The position numbers were made by a program, and so were the translations under genes. The notes under the pieces were generated by a model, which searched no databases, was not told the DNA's origin, and worked only from the letters and a program-made list of their open reading frames with translations. From the NCBI GenBank assembly GCA_965197585.1, contig OZ240215.1:1920001-1984000 (forward strand): a DNA stretch of 64,000 nucleotides. The letters are read 5' to 3'. Shown here one piece after another: positions 37,321 to 46,959 of the stretch. Each line of letters opens with the position of its first letter. Position 1 is the first letter of the stretch. This DNA comes from Dehalococcoidia bacterium (GTDB taxonomy: Bacteria > Chloroflexota > Dehalococcoidia > Plut-88900).

Positions 37321-37506
37321 CTAGTTCAGCGTATATGAGTCACCATCGGGCAAGTACATCAGGGGGTTAGCCCTGGGCTAGCTGCTCTTGGCTCCCACGG
37401 TGTGAAGAAGGAGGAGGGGCGCTCCCTCAAACCTTCCGCCAACCTTCCCACAGTTGTTCAGAAACTCCTCGATAACGCCTCTATTCCAATCGTTCTGCGT
37501 TGTCAC
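37321..37506 (-). pseudogene. Pseudogene of a deazaflavin (F420)-dependent nitroreductase (Ddn family)
   Basis: RBS aaggag plus GTG; NDWNRGVIEEFLNNCGKVGGRFEGAPLLLLHTVGAKSS*PRANPLMYLPDGDSY, internal TAG and 3' truncation. Confidence 0.85.
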
Positions 37507-37528
37507 TAGTCTCCTTTGGAAGGTGAGC

Positions 37529-37843
37529 TTATCGTTGGAGATTGATCTTGACACCTCCAACTCGGCTGGCCACCGAGTTATACAGCCAAGCTCCGAATGC
37601 TCCAGCCACGAACCCCACAGCTCCGCCGATAACCGGCATTGCAAGTAAAGCGCCAAAGGCAAGTGCCGTCCCAGAGCTTAGCCCAGGCGTTTCATCCGAA
37701 GTTACCCACCCTGCACTGACGAGTATGTCGATGATGGCGCCACCGAAGGAATAGATGATCCCAGCAAGCAACCCGAGAACTACGCCTCCAGCAACTGACA
37801 GCTTCGCTGCCGACCCCACTCCGATTCTGGTCAGAACTTCCAT
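37529..37843 (-). CDS. Small 2-TM membrane protein (DUF3566-like)
   Basis: RIGVGSAAK...A.LYN.VA..VGG pattern; RBS ggaggt. Confidence 0.65.
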   Translation of the reverse strand: MEVLTRIGVGSAAKLSVAGGVVLGLLAGIIYSFGGAIIDILVSAGWVTSDETPGLSSGTALAFGALLAMPVIGGAVGFVAGAFGAWLYNSVASRVGGVKINLQR

Positions 37844-38318
37844 CGCATCCCTACCTCCAGGCATGTTGACCGGGATTTCCCATATTGTGAGTCTTCAGGC
37901 TCAAAGAGCAGCCCCAACGAGATAATGGCATCATATTTGGCTCTGCAAGGCCAGTCAATCTCCGGTCTATCCGATAAGGGATGCGGCTCTTGCCGTGAAC
38001 CATGCTTCTTGTCCGTCTTTGTTGTCTTCAGGCTCCCCGCCAATGGCGTGAAAGCGCATGGAAGACAAGGCGGCTCCCTGGAGCGCTCTCCCTCTTGGCA
38101 AGATCGTGGTTGCATTCTCCCTCAGCTTGGCGCCGGCGATAACCGGCCGATACGATCCAACACTCCCTGAAACACCCGTCTAGGAACCGACGCCTCGGAT
38201 AACTGAAAGATCAACCGCCGAAAGTGGCGCACCAGCCGACCTCCCATGTGAATCCACAGAGTCGAAGGGTCTCAAGAACGGAATGGGGTGGTGCCCTCCC
38301 AAAAGTGACACGAACCCC

Positions 38319-38390
38319 TTGACTAAAGCAAAACACTTGTACTATATTCACCCTCGACTAGCTAGTCACACACCTAAACCCTAAGGAGGA
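38319..38390 (+). promoter_or_regulatory. Sigma70-like promoter with a possible LexA box and a strong RBS lacking a downstream start codon
   Basis: TTGACT at 38319, tactatatt at 38340, AAAC-actt-GTAC at 38331-38342, aaggagga at ~38383-38390. Confidence 0.4.
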
Positions 38391-39150
38391 ACCACAACCC
38401 GGGGGGAAGCCCAGCCCCGGCCCACACGAGGACTCAACGTCCCAGCCCATCCCAACGGGCGGCCCACGCGCCGCCCCTCGGCTCAAGCGAAAGCCGCCAT
38501 CTCCTCATTCCAAAGGCCCCGGCTCACCCTTCCCCCACCAACCACCAAGCGATGGAAGGTCCACAGACTATGCTCGGCAGGCCCCGTCCTACGACGCCCC
38601 TGCCGATTCAACGCCCCCCATCATCGGGTGCGTTTATCCCGGCCCTTTGCGCGCCGGTTTCCCGGGTAGGTCAACCGACCCCCGGTTTAACAAGGCCCTC
38701 GTGCCTTGTTTGTCCCGCCGTCCCCGCCATCCGTCTACCCGGCGGATGCACCAGGACGCCGGTTATGAAAGTCCGCCTCAGGCGGTATCTTCCCCGTCAG
38801 CGGTCCGGTCAAGTGCCGCTGCCGGTGGGATCTGCCCCACACAACCCTGACCACAGCCGACAACGTGTGGGGATAATCCAGCCCGGTGCCGACGGCTCGG
38901 CAGCAACCCACGGCCTGGTTTCTAGTCCCGGACCTTCCATCGCCTACCTCCCCTCAACAAACAAACCCGAAACACCCAAATCCCAATCGAAGATGGGACA
39001 TCCGCCTTGGGCGGGTCCCCCGCAGGAGGATTGAATAAACACCGCCCACCCCTCCCGCTTGACCAAAACTCCCAATAAGGTAACAATGACAACCGACCCA
39101 AAGCTCACAGGCCGGTCTTTACCCAACGAATAAATGCAGGGGGTAACCGT

Positions 39151-40251
39151 ATGGGATACCGGATTATTTCAGCAGACAGCCACCTCGACTTGATATGGGT
39201 GCCCCACGACGCCTTTACGTCCAGGGCTCCTGCCGAGTGGAAAGACAAGGTCCCCTACGTAGAATCGCGGCCCGAGGGCAACTACTGGATGGTCGAGGGA
39301 CGCACCATGACTCGGGCAGGCTGGTATGGTCCCGGTGTCAACGGTGGCCAGCGTGGCGAGATGCTGGACAGAGAGGGCTTCACCCTCGGCGACCTACGCT
39401 GCTCCGACTACAAGTTGAGAAAGGCCGACCAGGAGCGGGACGGCGTCGACGCCGAGGTAATCTACGGCATCCTCAGCACAGACCGCAGCTTTGACGACAA
39501 AGAGGCCCTGGCCGCCACTTACCGCGCCTACAACGACTACATCTCTGAGTGGCAGCAATACGATCCTGAGTGGCTTGTCCCATTGGGGGAGATACCCAAC
39601 CACAACGGTAAGGTCGCCGGTGCCGAGCTCTCCCGCCTCGCCGATATAGGAGTCCGAGGCGCCGAGTTCGCCCCCGCCACCATGACCCAACCCTTCTGGA
39701 GCGACGAATGGGAACCACTCTGGGCGGCGGGAGAGGACACCCAGCTGCCCATCTCCTTCCACGCCTTCAACATATCCACCACCTTCTCCGACAAGGACCA
39801 CCCCGCCGCCGCAGCCGTAAACCTTGTACTGGCTCCCTCCCGCGCCGACGAGGTGCTCTGCTCCCTGATCTTCTCCGGCATCCTGGAAAGGCACCCCAGG
39901 TTCAACGCCATCCTCGGCGAGAGCGGCATCGGCTGGCTCCCCTTCACGCTGGAGCGCATGGACTACTCCTATGAGCGCCGCCTCACCGACCTGGAGCTTC
40001 CCATCCCTCCCTCCGAGTACTTCAGGCGTCAGGTCTATGCCAGCTTCATCATCGACTATTGGGGCACGAAGGCCATGTGGGAGCTGGGCTACCTGAAGAA
40101 CATCATGTGGTCCACCGACTACCCTCACCGAGACGGCTCTTGGCCCGACTCACAAGAAGTCATTGAGCGGACCTTCAGCGGCTTGCCCGAGGAGGTCAAG
40201 AAGGCCTGTGTCCACGACAACGTCGTCAGCCTGTTCAACCTGAACGACTGA
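39151..40251 (+). CDS. Amidohydrolase_2 family protein
   Basis: SADSH, DQERDG, YNDY, ISFH, GESGIGW, WSTDYPH. Confidence 0.92.
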   Translation: MGYRIISADSHLDLIWVPHDAFTSRAPAEWKDKVPYVESRPEGNYWMVEGRTMTRAGWYGPGVNGGQRGEMLDREGFTLGDLRCSDYKLRKADQERDGVDAEVIYGILSTDRSFDDKEALAATYRAYNDYISEWQQYDPEWLVPLGEIPNHNGKVAGAELSRLADIGVRGAEFAPATMTQPFWSDEWEPLWAAGEDTQLPISFHAFNISTTFSDKDHPAAAAVNLVLAPSRADEVLCSLIFSGILERHPRFNAILGESGIGWLPFTLERMDYSYERRLTDLELPIPPSEYFRRQVYASFIIDYWGTKAMWELGYLKNIMWSTDYPHRDGSWPDSQEVIERTFSGLPEEVKKACVHDNVVSLFNLND

Positions 40252-40276
40252 CCGGTTCCTTACCCCTTTACACGTC

Positions 40277-40311
40277 AAATCGGCGGGCTCGCAATGCGAG
40301 CCCGCCGATTT
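40277..40311. terminator. Hairpin between convergent genes (probable bidirectional terminator)
   Basis: aaatcggcgggctcgca-a-tgcgagcccgccgattt. Confidence 0.75.
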
Positions 40312-40340
40312 AGTCATTCCTTTTCGGAAGCAGTATGTTC

Positions 40341-41255
40341 TTACCCCACTGCTGGCGCCGCCTCTCGACTCAGGACACCTAAGTCGCTCATCAGGACTTC
40401 CAGCCTGGACTCCTGCTCTGCAGTCAACGACCTGAACGGCGCCCGAGGCACCCCAATGTCAACTCCGGCCATCGCTGTCGCCACCTTGGCCGTTGCAGCA
40501 TAACCCTCGGTCTCGAAGAAGTGGTTCAAGCGATACAAGGGCCTCCAAAGCTCTCGGGCTGCGTGCCAGTCCTTCTTCTCCACAATCAGTTCGTACAACT
40601 GCACACAGAGGCCCGGAGTCGCATTAGCGACACCCCAGACACATCCTTTGGCCCCGTGAAGAAGTCCGGCCATGGAGCCCGTGTCCGAACCATTGAAGAT
40701 GATCAGGTCTTCGGACCTCTCTTCGAGCACCCGCTGGAATTGTACCAGGTCTCCGGTGGAGTCCTTGATCATCTGGACGTTGGGGATTTCCACCAGTCGA
40801 GCCAGGACTTCGGGGGTCAGGTTAACCTTGGAATGTGCGGGAATGTTGTAGACCATGATCGGCAGGGGTACTGCGTCGTTGATTGCCTGGTAGTGATCTA
40901 CAAGCTCCTCGGTGCTGGGCACTTCGTAGAAGGGAGGCACGACCATTAACGCCTCGCACCCGACCGCCTCTGCGTGCTTGCTCAACTCGATCACTTCCCA
41001 GGTGCTGCAAGCCCCCGTGTGGGCCATAACCGGGACCCGGCCCGCCACCTGCTCGACGGTCAACTCGGTAACCCGTTTGCGCTCCTCGAAGCTGAGGCTT
41101 GCAAACTCTCCTGTGCCGCCACACGGAATGATGCCGTGTACGCCGTTCTCCAACTGGAAATCGATGAGCCGCCTCAGGCTGCTTTCATCAATGCTCTGGT
41201 CTACGCGAGAGAAGGGGGTACAGATAGGTGTGAAGATTCCTTTAAATTTGCTCAC
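40341..41255 (-). CDS. Dihydrodipicolinate synthase (DapA/NAL) family protein
   Basis: TPF, CGGTGE, VYNIP, IKDS; RBS aaggagg plus GTG. Confidence 0.92.
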   Translation of the reverse strand: MSKFKGIFTPICTPFSRVDQSIDESSLRRLIDFQLENGVHGIIPCGGTGEFASLSFEERKRVTELTVEQVAGRVPVMAHTGACSTWEVIELSKHAEAVGCEALMVVPPFYEVPSTEELVDHYQAINDAVPLPIMVYNIPAHSKVNLTPEVLARLVEIPNVQMIKDSTGDLVQFQRVLEERSEDLIIFNGSDTGSMAGLLHGAKGCVWGVANATPGLCVQLYELIVEKKDWHAARELWRPLYRLNHFFETEGYAATAKVATAMAGVDIGVPRAPFRSLTAEQESRLEVLMSDLGVLSREAAPAVG

Positions 41256-41412
41256 GGGCGCTCCTCCTTGGTTCAGGCGGTCGACTAGCGACCTCTTGGG
41301 TTAATTGATGGGGTAATGCTAACAAAGGCCCCGTCCCCTGACAACTCCAATGTTCGCCATGCTAGAATCAGTCGCCAAGATCGAAGCAATACCCACTTAT
41401 TGGAGGTCAGAA

Positions 41413-41883
41413 ATGAGAGTTGAGCAGAGACTAAACGAGTTAGGCATTACCCTGCCCGAAGTGAGAACTCCGGTCGGCAACTACGTTCCGAGCGTGAGGA
41501 CAGGTAACCTTCTCTACGTTTCAGGCCACATCGGCGACCTTAAAGATGCTCTGGGCCAGCTGGGAACCGACGTAACGGTGCAAGAGGGCTACCAGGCAGC
41601 TCGAAAGACGGGCATCGCTCTCCTGGGCACAGTGAAGGGCGCCATCGGGGACTTGGACAAGGTGAAACAGGTGGTTAAGCTGCTGTGCATGGTTAACGGC
41701 GCCGTTGGGTTCGCTAAGCACCCGGCGGTGGCTAATGGGTGCTCCGACCTTCTGGTCGAGGTGTTCGGGGAAAAGGGCCGGCATGCCAGGTCGGCCGTGG
41801 GTTTCTCCGGGCTCCCAGGTAACGGCTGCATCGAGATCGAGATGATCCTCGAACTCGAAGATGAGGATTCCATCACATACTAA
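41413..41883 (+). CDS. RidA/YjgF family protein
   Basis: GNYVP, LYVSG, ANGCSDLL.EVFG..G.HARSAVG; start at MRVEQ with RBS ggagg. Confidence 0.92.
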   Translation: MRVEQRLNELGITLPEVRTPVGNYVPSVRTGNLLYVSGHIGDLKDALGQLGTDVTVQEGYQAARKTGIALLGTVKGAIGDLDKVKQVVKLLCMVNGAVGFAKHPAVANGCSDLLVEVFGEKGRHARSAVGFSGLPGNGCIEIEMILELEDEDSITY

Positions 41884-41918
41884 AGTCTCGGCCCTCTCCC
41901 CCTGGAAACGACTCTTAA

Positions 41919-41950
41919 ATCGGCCGGTGGCCCTAGGGCCACCGGCCGAT
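41919..41950. repeat. Perfect 32-bp palindrome (terminator or REP)
   Basis: atcggccggtggccct|agggccaccggccgat. Confidence 0.75.
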
Positions 41951-42034
41951 CTAGCCAGGTGGCAGAGATACTATGAGTTATGCCCAGAGTGGTAAGAATG
42001 GTTGAACATTTAACCCTCAACGTTAAGAACGTAA

Positions 42035-42145
42035 AGGGTTATCCGGCATGGCCAACATAGCATCCGAATAAACCTGCAATGGCGGCTCTGCTTCCGATGG
42101 ACGGAAAGTGGAGCAATGGAAATCGAGATAGTTGACTATCACTGA
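42035..42145 (+). pseudogene. higB: HigB (RelE-superfamily) toxin remnant, C-terminal third only
   Basis: RHGQHSIRINLQWRLCFRWTESGAMEIEIVDYH*; in-frame stop upstream and no N-terminal part. Confidence 0.85.
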
Positions 42146-42155
42146 GGAGCGCTCC

Positions 42156-42440
42156 ATGGATATCAGTTCGCCAATACATCCGGGGGAGCACCTCGCAGAA
42201 ATCATCGACGAACTTGGTATTAGTCAGTATCGTCTCGCCGTGACCATCGGCGTCCCACCACGCCGGATTAACGAGATTGTCCACGGCCGACGCTCCATCA
42301 CCGCAGACACCGCACTGCGCCTGGGTAAGGCCCTTCGCATGACTCCCGAGTTTTGGCTCAATCTCCAGCGAATGTTTGACCTGGACGTAGCAAACGCAAC
42401 CACGGATACGTCCGACATAAGGCCTCTCATACTGGGCTGA
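42156..42440 (+). CDS. higA: HigA-family antitoxin (HTH)
   Basis: PIHPGE.L, RINEIVHGRRSITADTALRL, FWLNLQ. Confidence 0.92.
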   Translation: MDISSPIHPGEHLAEIIDELGISQYRLAVTIGVPPRRINEIVHGRRSITADTALRLGKALRMTPEFWLNLQRMFDLDVANATTDTSDIRPLILG

Positions 42441-42477
42441 GAGACTTGGCCTGAAGGGAGTCGGGCAATACTGCCGC

Positions 42478-45162
42478 CTAGCTCCCGATACCCATTAGCT
42501 GCCGTAACACGTACTGGAGCACGCCCCCGTGCCTGTAGTATTCCAACTCTATCGGCACGTCAATTCGTGTGATAACGGAAAACGACTTCACGGTGCGGTC
42601 CTCCGCCGTCGCAGTCACCGTCAACTCCTTGCCCACCGAGAGCCCGTCGGCTATCCCCTCTATGTCGTACGTCTCTTCGCCCGTGAGCCCGAGGCTTTCA
42701 GCGCTGTGCCCGGACTTGTATTGAAGCGGCAGCACACCCATTCCTACCAAATTGCTGCGATGAATCCTCTCGTAGCTTTCCGCGAGCGTTGCTTTTATGC
42801 CCAGCAGGTAGGGCCCTTTCGCCGCCCAGTCTCGAGAGCTACCCGACCCGTATTCCTTACCAGCCAGTACAAGAGTCGGCACCCCTTCCCGCTTGTACTC
42901 CTCCGACGCCTCGTAGATGTTCATGTCCATCCCGTCAGGCAGATGCCGCGTCCACCCACCCTCCGTGCCCGGGGCCATCTGGTTCCGAAGTCGCACGTTG
43001 GCAAAAGTGCCCCGCATCATCACCTCGTGATTTCCCCGCCGAGCCCCGTATGCGTTGAACTGTGCAACCGGGACGTTCTTATCGGTAAGGTAGTAGCCGG
43101 CCGGGCTCTTGGCCTGGATGCCTCCTGCCGGCGAGATGTGGTCAGTCGTGATAGAGTCGCCAACCTTTACCAGCACCCTGGCCCTTGCTATGTCTTGAGT
43201 CTCTGATGGGGCATCAGCCAGGTTGCGGAATATCGGGAGTTCCTTCACGTAGGTCGAGTCCCGGTCCCATTGATATACAGCCCCTTCTGGTACGGGCAAT
43301 TCCCGCCACCTCTGGTCCCCTTCGAAAACTTTGCCGTATCTGTCTCCAAAAATCTCGGGATTCAGGGCCGCTGCCAGAGTTTCCCTCACTTCCTGCTGGC
43401 TGGGCCAAAGGTCTTTCAAATATACGGGTTGGCCGTTAGAGCCTGTGCCAAGGGGTTCCGTGGTCAGATCGATGTCCACCCGACCCGCCAGCGCAAACGC
43501 TACTACAAGCATAGGCGAGGCCAGATAGTTAGCCTTGACCGCGGGATGCACCCGACCCTCAAAGTTCCGATTCCCGCTCAGCACCGAGGCCGCTATCAGA
43601 TCACCTTGCGCAATGTCTGCAGAGACCGACTCCGATAAAGGCCCGCTGTTTCCTATGCAGGTGGTACACCCATACCCAACTATGTGAAACCGCAGATCTT
43701 CCAGATATTTCAGCACCCCCGACGCCGAGAGGTAATCTTCAACGACCCGGGACCCGGGAGCCATGCTAGTCTTCACCCAGGGCTTAGTCTCCAACCCTCG
43801 CTCGACCGCCTTTTTCGCCAGCAGCCCCGCACCCACCATCACCGAGGGGTTGGATGTGTTCGTACAACTGGTTATCGCAGCAATAACTACCGACCCATGG
43901 TCTAGTCCATCTTGCGATGCCCCTCCGTTTGAGGCAGCACCCTCCTTACCGTACACCTTGCCCAAGTTGTCTACGAACGCCTCTTTCATATCCCGTAGTC
44001 TCACCTTGTCCTGGGGCCTCTTAGGCCCGGCCAGGCTCGGCTCAACATAGGAGAGGTCTAATTCCAATAGGTCGGTGAAAAGAGGTTCAGGTGAATCGTC
44101 GGTCCTGAATACACCTTGGGCCTTGGAATACTCCTCCACTAGGCTGACCTGATCTTTCTCCCGCCCGGTCCCCGACAGATAGGCCAAGGTCTCGGAGTCT
44201 ACTGGGAAGAACCCGACGGTCGCGCCGTACTCGGGGGCCATGTTCGCAATGGTCGCTCTATCCGGCAGGGACAAGTTGGAGAGACCGGTGCCGCAGAACT
44301 CTACGAACTTCCCGACCACGCCCCTCTTCCGCAGCATCTGCACTACCGTCAGTACGAGGTCCGTGGCAGTTGCCCCTTCCGGCAAGGCTCCCGTCAGGCG
44401 GAACCCAACCACATCCGGCAAGAGCATGTAATAGGGCTGCCCGAGCAATACAGCCTCGGCTTCAATTCCACCCACCCCCCACCCCAAAACCCCGAGTCCG
44501 TTGATCATCGTCGTGTGCGAATCGGTGCCGATGAGCGTATCGGGGAAGGCCGTTCTCTCACCGTCTGAGCCCCGAGAGGCCACTACAGTTGCTAGATATT
44601 CCAAGTTGACCTGGTGGACTATGCCCGCCCCAGGTGGCACGACGCGCAGGTTGTCAAATGCCGACTGCGCCCAACGCAGAAGTCCGTACCTCTCCCCGTT
44701 GCGTCCGTACTCTCGGTCGACGTTTCGAGCCAATGCCGTGGACGTACCCGCAAAGTCAACTTGGACTGAGTGGTCAATAACGAGATCCACCGGGACTATG
44801 GGATTGATCTGTTGGGGGTCACCGCCCCGCCTCGCCACCTCGGCCCGCATCGCCGTAAGGTCCACGACTGCAGGCACTCCGGTGAAGTCCTGCATCAAAA
44901 CCCGAGACGGCATGAATGGGATGTCCCCCCGAACTGCATTTTTGGGAGACCATCTCCCAACCGTCTCCACATCCTCCCAGGTGACCGTGCCGTTCCCTGA
45001 ATGTCTGAGAACATTTTCCAGCAACACCCGTATGGTAAACGGCAGCGATGCAAGGTCTATATTGAGTTCTTTAGCCGCCGCATTAAGGTCGTAATAGGTG
45101 AAGGGCCCGTTTGGGATATCGAGGGTCTTATTGGCCTGAAATAAGTCGCGATTATCTGTCAT
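42478..45162 (-). CDS. acnA: Aconitate hydratase A
   Basis: QDFTGVP, IDHSVQ, GTDSHT, AITSCTNTSNP, GYGCTTCIGNSG, GSGSSRDWAAKG. Confidence 0.98.
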   Translation of the reverse strand: MTDNRDLFQANKTLDIPNGPFTYYDLNAAAKELNIDLASLPFTIRVLLENVLRHSGNGTVTWEDVETVGRWSPKNAVRGDIPFMPSRVLMQDFTGVPAVVDLTAMRAEVARRGGDPQQINPIVPVDLVIDHSVQVDFAGTSTALARNVDREYGRNGERYGLLRWAQSAFDNLRVVPPGAGIVHQVNLEYLATVVASRGSDGERTAFPDTLIGTDSHTTMINGLGVLGWGVGGIEAEAVLLGQPYYMLLPDVVGFRLTGALPEGATATDLVLTVVQMLRKRGVVGKFVEFCGTGLSNLSLPDRATIANMAPEYGATVGFFPVDSETLAYLSGTGREKDQVSLVEEYSKAQGVFRTDDSPEPLFTDLLELDLSYVEPSLAGPKRPQDKVRLRDMKEAFVDNLGKVYGKEGAASNGGASQDGLDHGSVVIAAITSCTNTSNPSVMVGAGLLAKKAVERGLETKPWVKTSMAPGSRVVEDYLSASGVLKYLEDLRFHIVGYGCTTCIGNSGPLSESVSADIAQGDLIAASVLSGNRNFEGRVHPAVKANYLASPMLVVAFALAGRVDIDLTTEPLGTGSNGQPVYLKDLWPSQQEVRETLAAALNPEIFGDRYGKVFEGDQRWRELPVPEGAVYQWDRDSTYVKELPIFRNLADAPSETQDIARARVLVKVGDSITTDHISPAGGIQAKSPAGYYLTDKNVPVAQFNAYGARRGNHEVMMRGTFANVRLRNQMAPGTEGGWTRHLPDGMDMNIYEASEEYKREGVPTLVLAGKEYGSGSSRDWAAKGPYLLGIKATLAESYERIHRSNLVGMGVLPLQYKSGHSAESLGLTGEETYDIEGIADGLSVGKELTVTATAEDRTVKSFSVITRIDVPIELEYYRHGGVLQYVLRQLMGIGS

Positions 45163-45244
45163 GTCAGTCTCGTTTAAGAAGATTTTGGCCAGGTTCCCGG
45201 GCCTGATGCCAGCGACGGTGAGTATATCACGGCTACCGATACGG

Positions 45245-46621
45245 TTATGTTAATTCACGCTCCACGTCAGTAAGCACCCTGTCCACCCGCTCCACCACAA
45301 AGTCAATCTCCTCACGCGTAACGATCAGGGGAGGAATCAGGAAGATTATGTCCCCTCTCTGGCGGGCCAAGAGCCCGTGCCGTAGGAAAGCCGCCGTGAT
45401 CCTTCGCCCCAGGCCCGAATCGGCAGGAAACCGCTCTCTCGTATTCCGGTCCTTCACCAGCTCGATGCCGCAGAGCAACCCTAGCCCTCCACGCACGTCT
45501 CCCACTATTGGGTGTTCGCACAGCGTTTGGAGTTGATCGTACATGTACGACCCCATCGTCGCGGCATTCTCTACCAAGCCTTCTCTTTCCAGGATGTCCA
45601 GGTTGGCCAACGCAGCGGCGCAGGCCGCCGGATGTCCGCCGAAGGTAAAGATGTGCCGGAACATCTCGCGGTTCCCGCCTACGAACGTATCCGCAACACG
45701 CCTGGAGGCTATCGCCGCGCCGATGGGCTGGTACCCGCTCGAAAGCCCCTTGGCCCCGACAAGAATGTCCGGTACAAGACCCCAGTGGTCCGATGCGAAC
45801 ATCTTCCCAGTTCTGCCAAACCCCGTTACCACTTCGTCGGCAATGATCAGGACCCCATAGCGGTCGCATATCGATCTGACTGTGGGCCAGTAGTCTGCAT
45901 GAGGAATAGTGCAAGTTGCCGCCGAAAGAGGTTCGGCCACGAACGCAGCCACCAGCTCCGGACCCTCTTCAAGGATCGCCCTCTCGACGTCCTGCCCACA
46001 TTCCAGCGTACACTGACCTCGCTGACTGCAATACAAACACCGGTACGGATTGGGCATGGATATGTGGACGTTGCCCGGTATCAGAGGCCCGAAGTCCTTG
46101 TCCCCCGCCCCCACCCCGCCTCCCAGGCTGATAGTCGCCAGGGTGCCTCCGTGGTAGGAGCCTGTCCGGCTAATAACTTTGTACCGGCCTGGCTCACCCC
46201 TCAACTTGTGGTACTTCTTGGCCATCTTCAAGGCCGTTTCGATACCTTCCGAACCACCGCTCACCAGAAATACCCGAGAGTCTTTATCCGGGGCCAGGGC
46301 TGCAAGCCTATCGCTGAGGCGAATGGCCGGCTCGCTAGTCGTGTGCTCGGGGGCGTAGCTTAACTTCAGCAGCTGCTCGTATACGGCTTCCGCTATCTCC
46401 TTCCGGCCATACCCAACGTTCTGTAGCTGCATCCCGGATATAAGGTCGAAATAGCGGTTGCCTTGAATGTCCTCCACCCAGCACCCCTCTCCCTTCTCGA
46501 CAACGTGAAGGCCGCCGGGCTGCGATAGCTCGGCCACCTGCTGGGAGTGGGGCCAGAAATGCTCGACGGCCATTTGCTGCAGCCTGTCGAATTGCTCGGA
46601 TGGGCTTGAGGAATAGGCCAT
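45245..46621 (-). CDS. PLP-dependent aminotransferase class III (omega-amino acid/taurine/BioA-like)
   Basis: SGGSE, SYHG, IADEVVTGFGRTG, AKGLSSGY, TFGGHP. Confidence 0.92.
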   Translation of the reverse strand: MAYSSSPSEQFDRLQQMAVEHFWPHSQQVAELSQPGGLHVVEKGEGCWVEDIQGNRYFDLISGMQLQNVGYGRKEIAEAVYEQLLKLSYAPEHTTSEPAIRLSDRLAALAPDKDSRVFLVSGGSEGIETALKMAKKYHKLRGEPGRYKVISRTGSYHGGTLATISLGGGVGAGDKDFGPLIPGNVHISMPNPYRCLYCSQRGQCTLECGQDVERAILEEGPELVAAFVAEPLSAATCTIPHADYWPTVRSICDRYGVLIIADEVVTGFGRTGKMFASDHWGLVPDILVGAKGLSSGYQPIGAAIASRRVADTFVGGNREMFRHIFTFGGHPAACAAALANLDILEREGLVENAATMGSYMYDQLQTLCEHPIVGDVRGGLGLLCGIELVKDRNTRERFPADSGLGRRITAAFLRHGLLARQRGDIIFLIPPLIVTREEIDFVVERVDRVLTDVERELT

Positions 46622-46718
46622 AATGATGCTCCTTGAGCGGCGGCGACCAAAGCTATACGCGGCAAAGGACGCAGTTTAACCAATGAGGGAACAAGGGTGT
46701 GACCAAACGAATAAGGCA

Positions 46719-46835
46719 CCCGGCAGCGTCCTATTTTCCACGGAGGGTCGCCCCTCTAGTATCGTCGGCGCAGAGGTGTTTCACTTCCGTGTTCGGAATG
46801 AGAACGGGTGGGCCCACCTCGCTATAGCCACCGCA
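46719..46835 (-). rRNA. rrf: 5S rRNA, stand-alone
   Basis: Minus strand GGTGGCTATAGCG...CACCCGTTCTCATTCCGAACACGGAAGTGAAAC...GCCGACGATACT...GAAAATAGGACGCTGCC. Confidence 0.95.
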
Positions 46836-46855
46836 GTGCCTTCATTCAGCGTGGA

Positions 46856-46884
46856 ATGCTAGCATGATCAACTATTCTGGTCAA
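46856..46884 (-). promoter_or_regulatory. Sigma70 promoter of the 5S rRNA gene
   Basis: TTGACC-17-TAGCAT with a TGn extension, ~20 nt upstream of the 5S 5' end. Confidence 0.65.
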
Positions 46885-46959
46885 GTTGATGCAGTCTTTG
46901 GGGTTGTTCCGCTTTGGCCATATTTTTCCTAGGACTCGGCATCATAAAGACTGTCACGG

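Noticed and set aside
37378-37380. In-frame TAG as possible pyrrolysine or stop-codon recoding
   Set aside because: The gene is also truncated ~18 codons later, and TAG ends many genes in this window
38552-39034. 160-aa Pro/Arg-rich ORF
   Set aside because: No RBS or recognisable motif; it runs through repeat hairpins and is probably spurious
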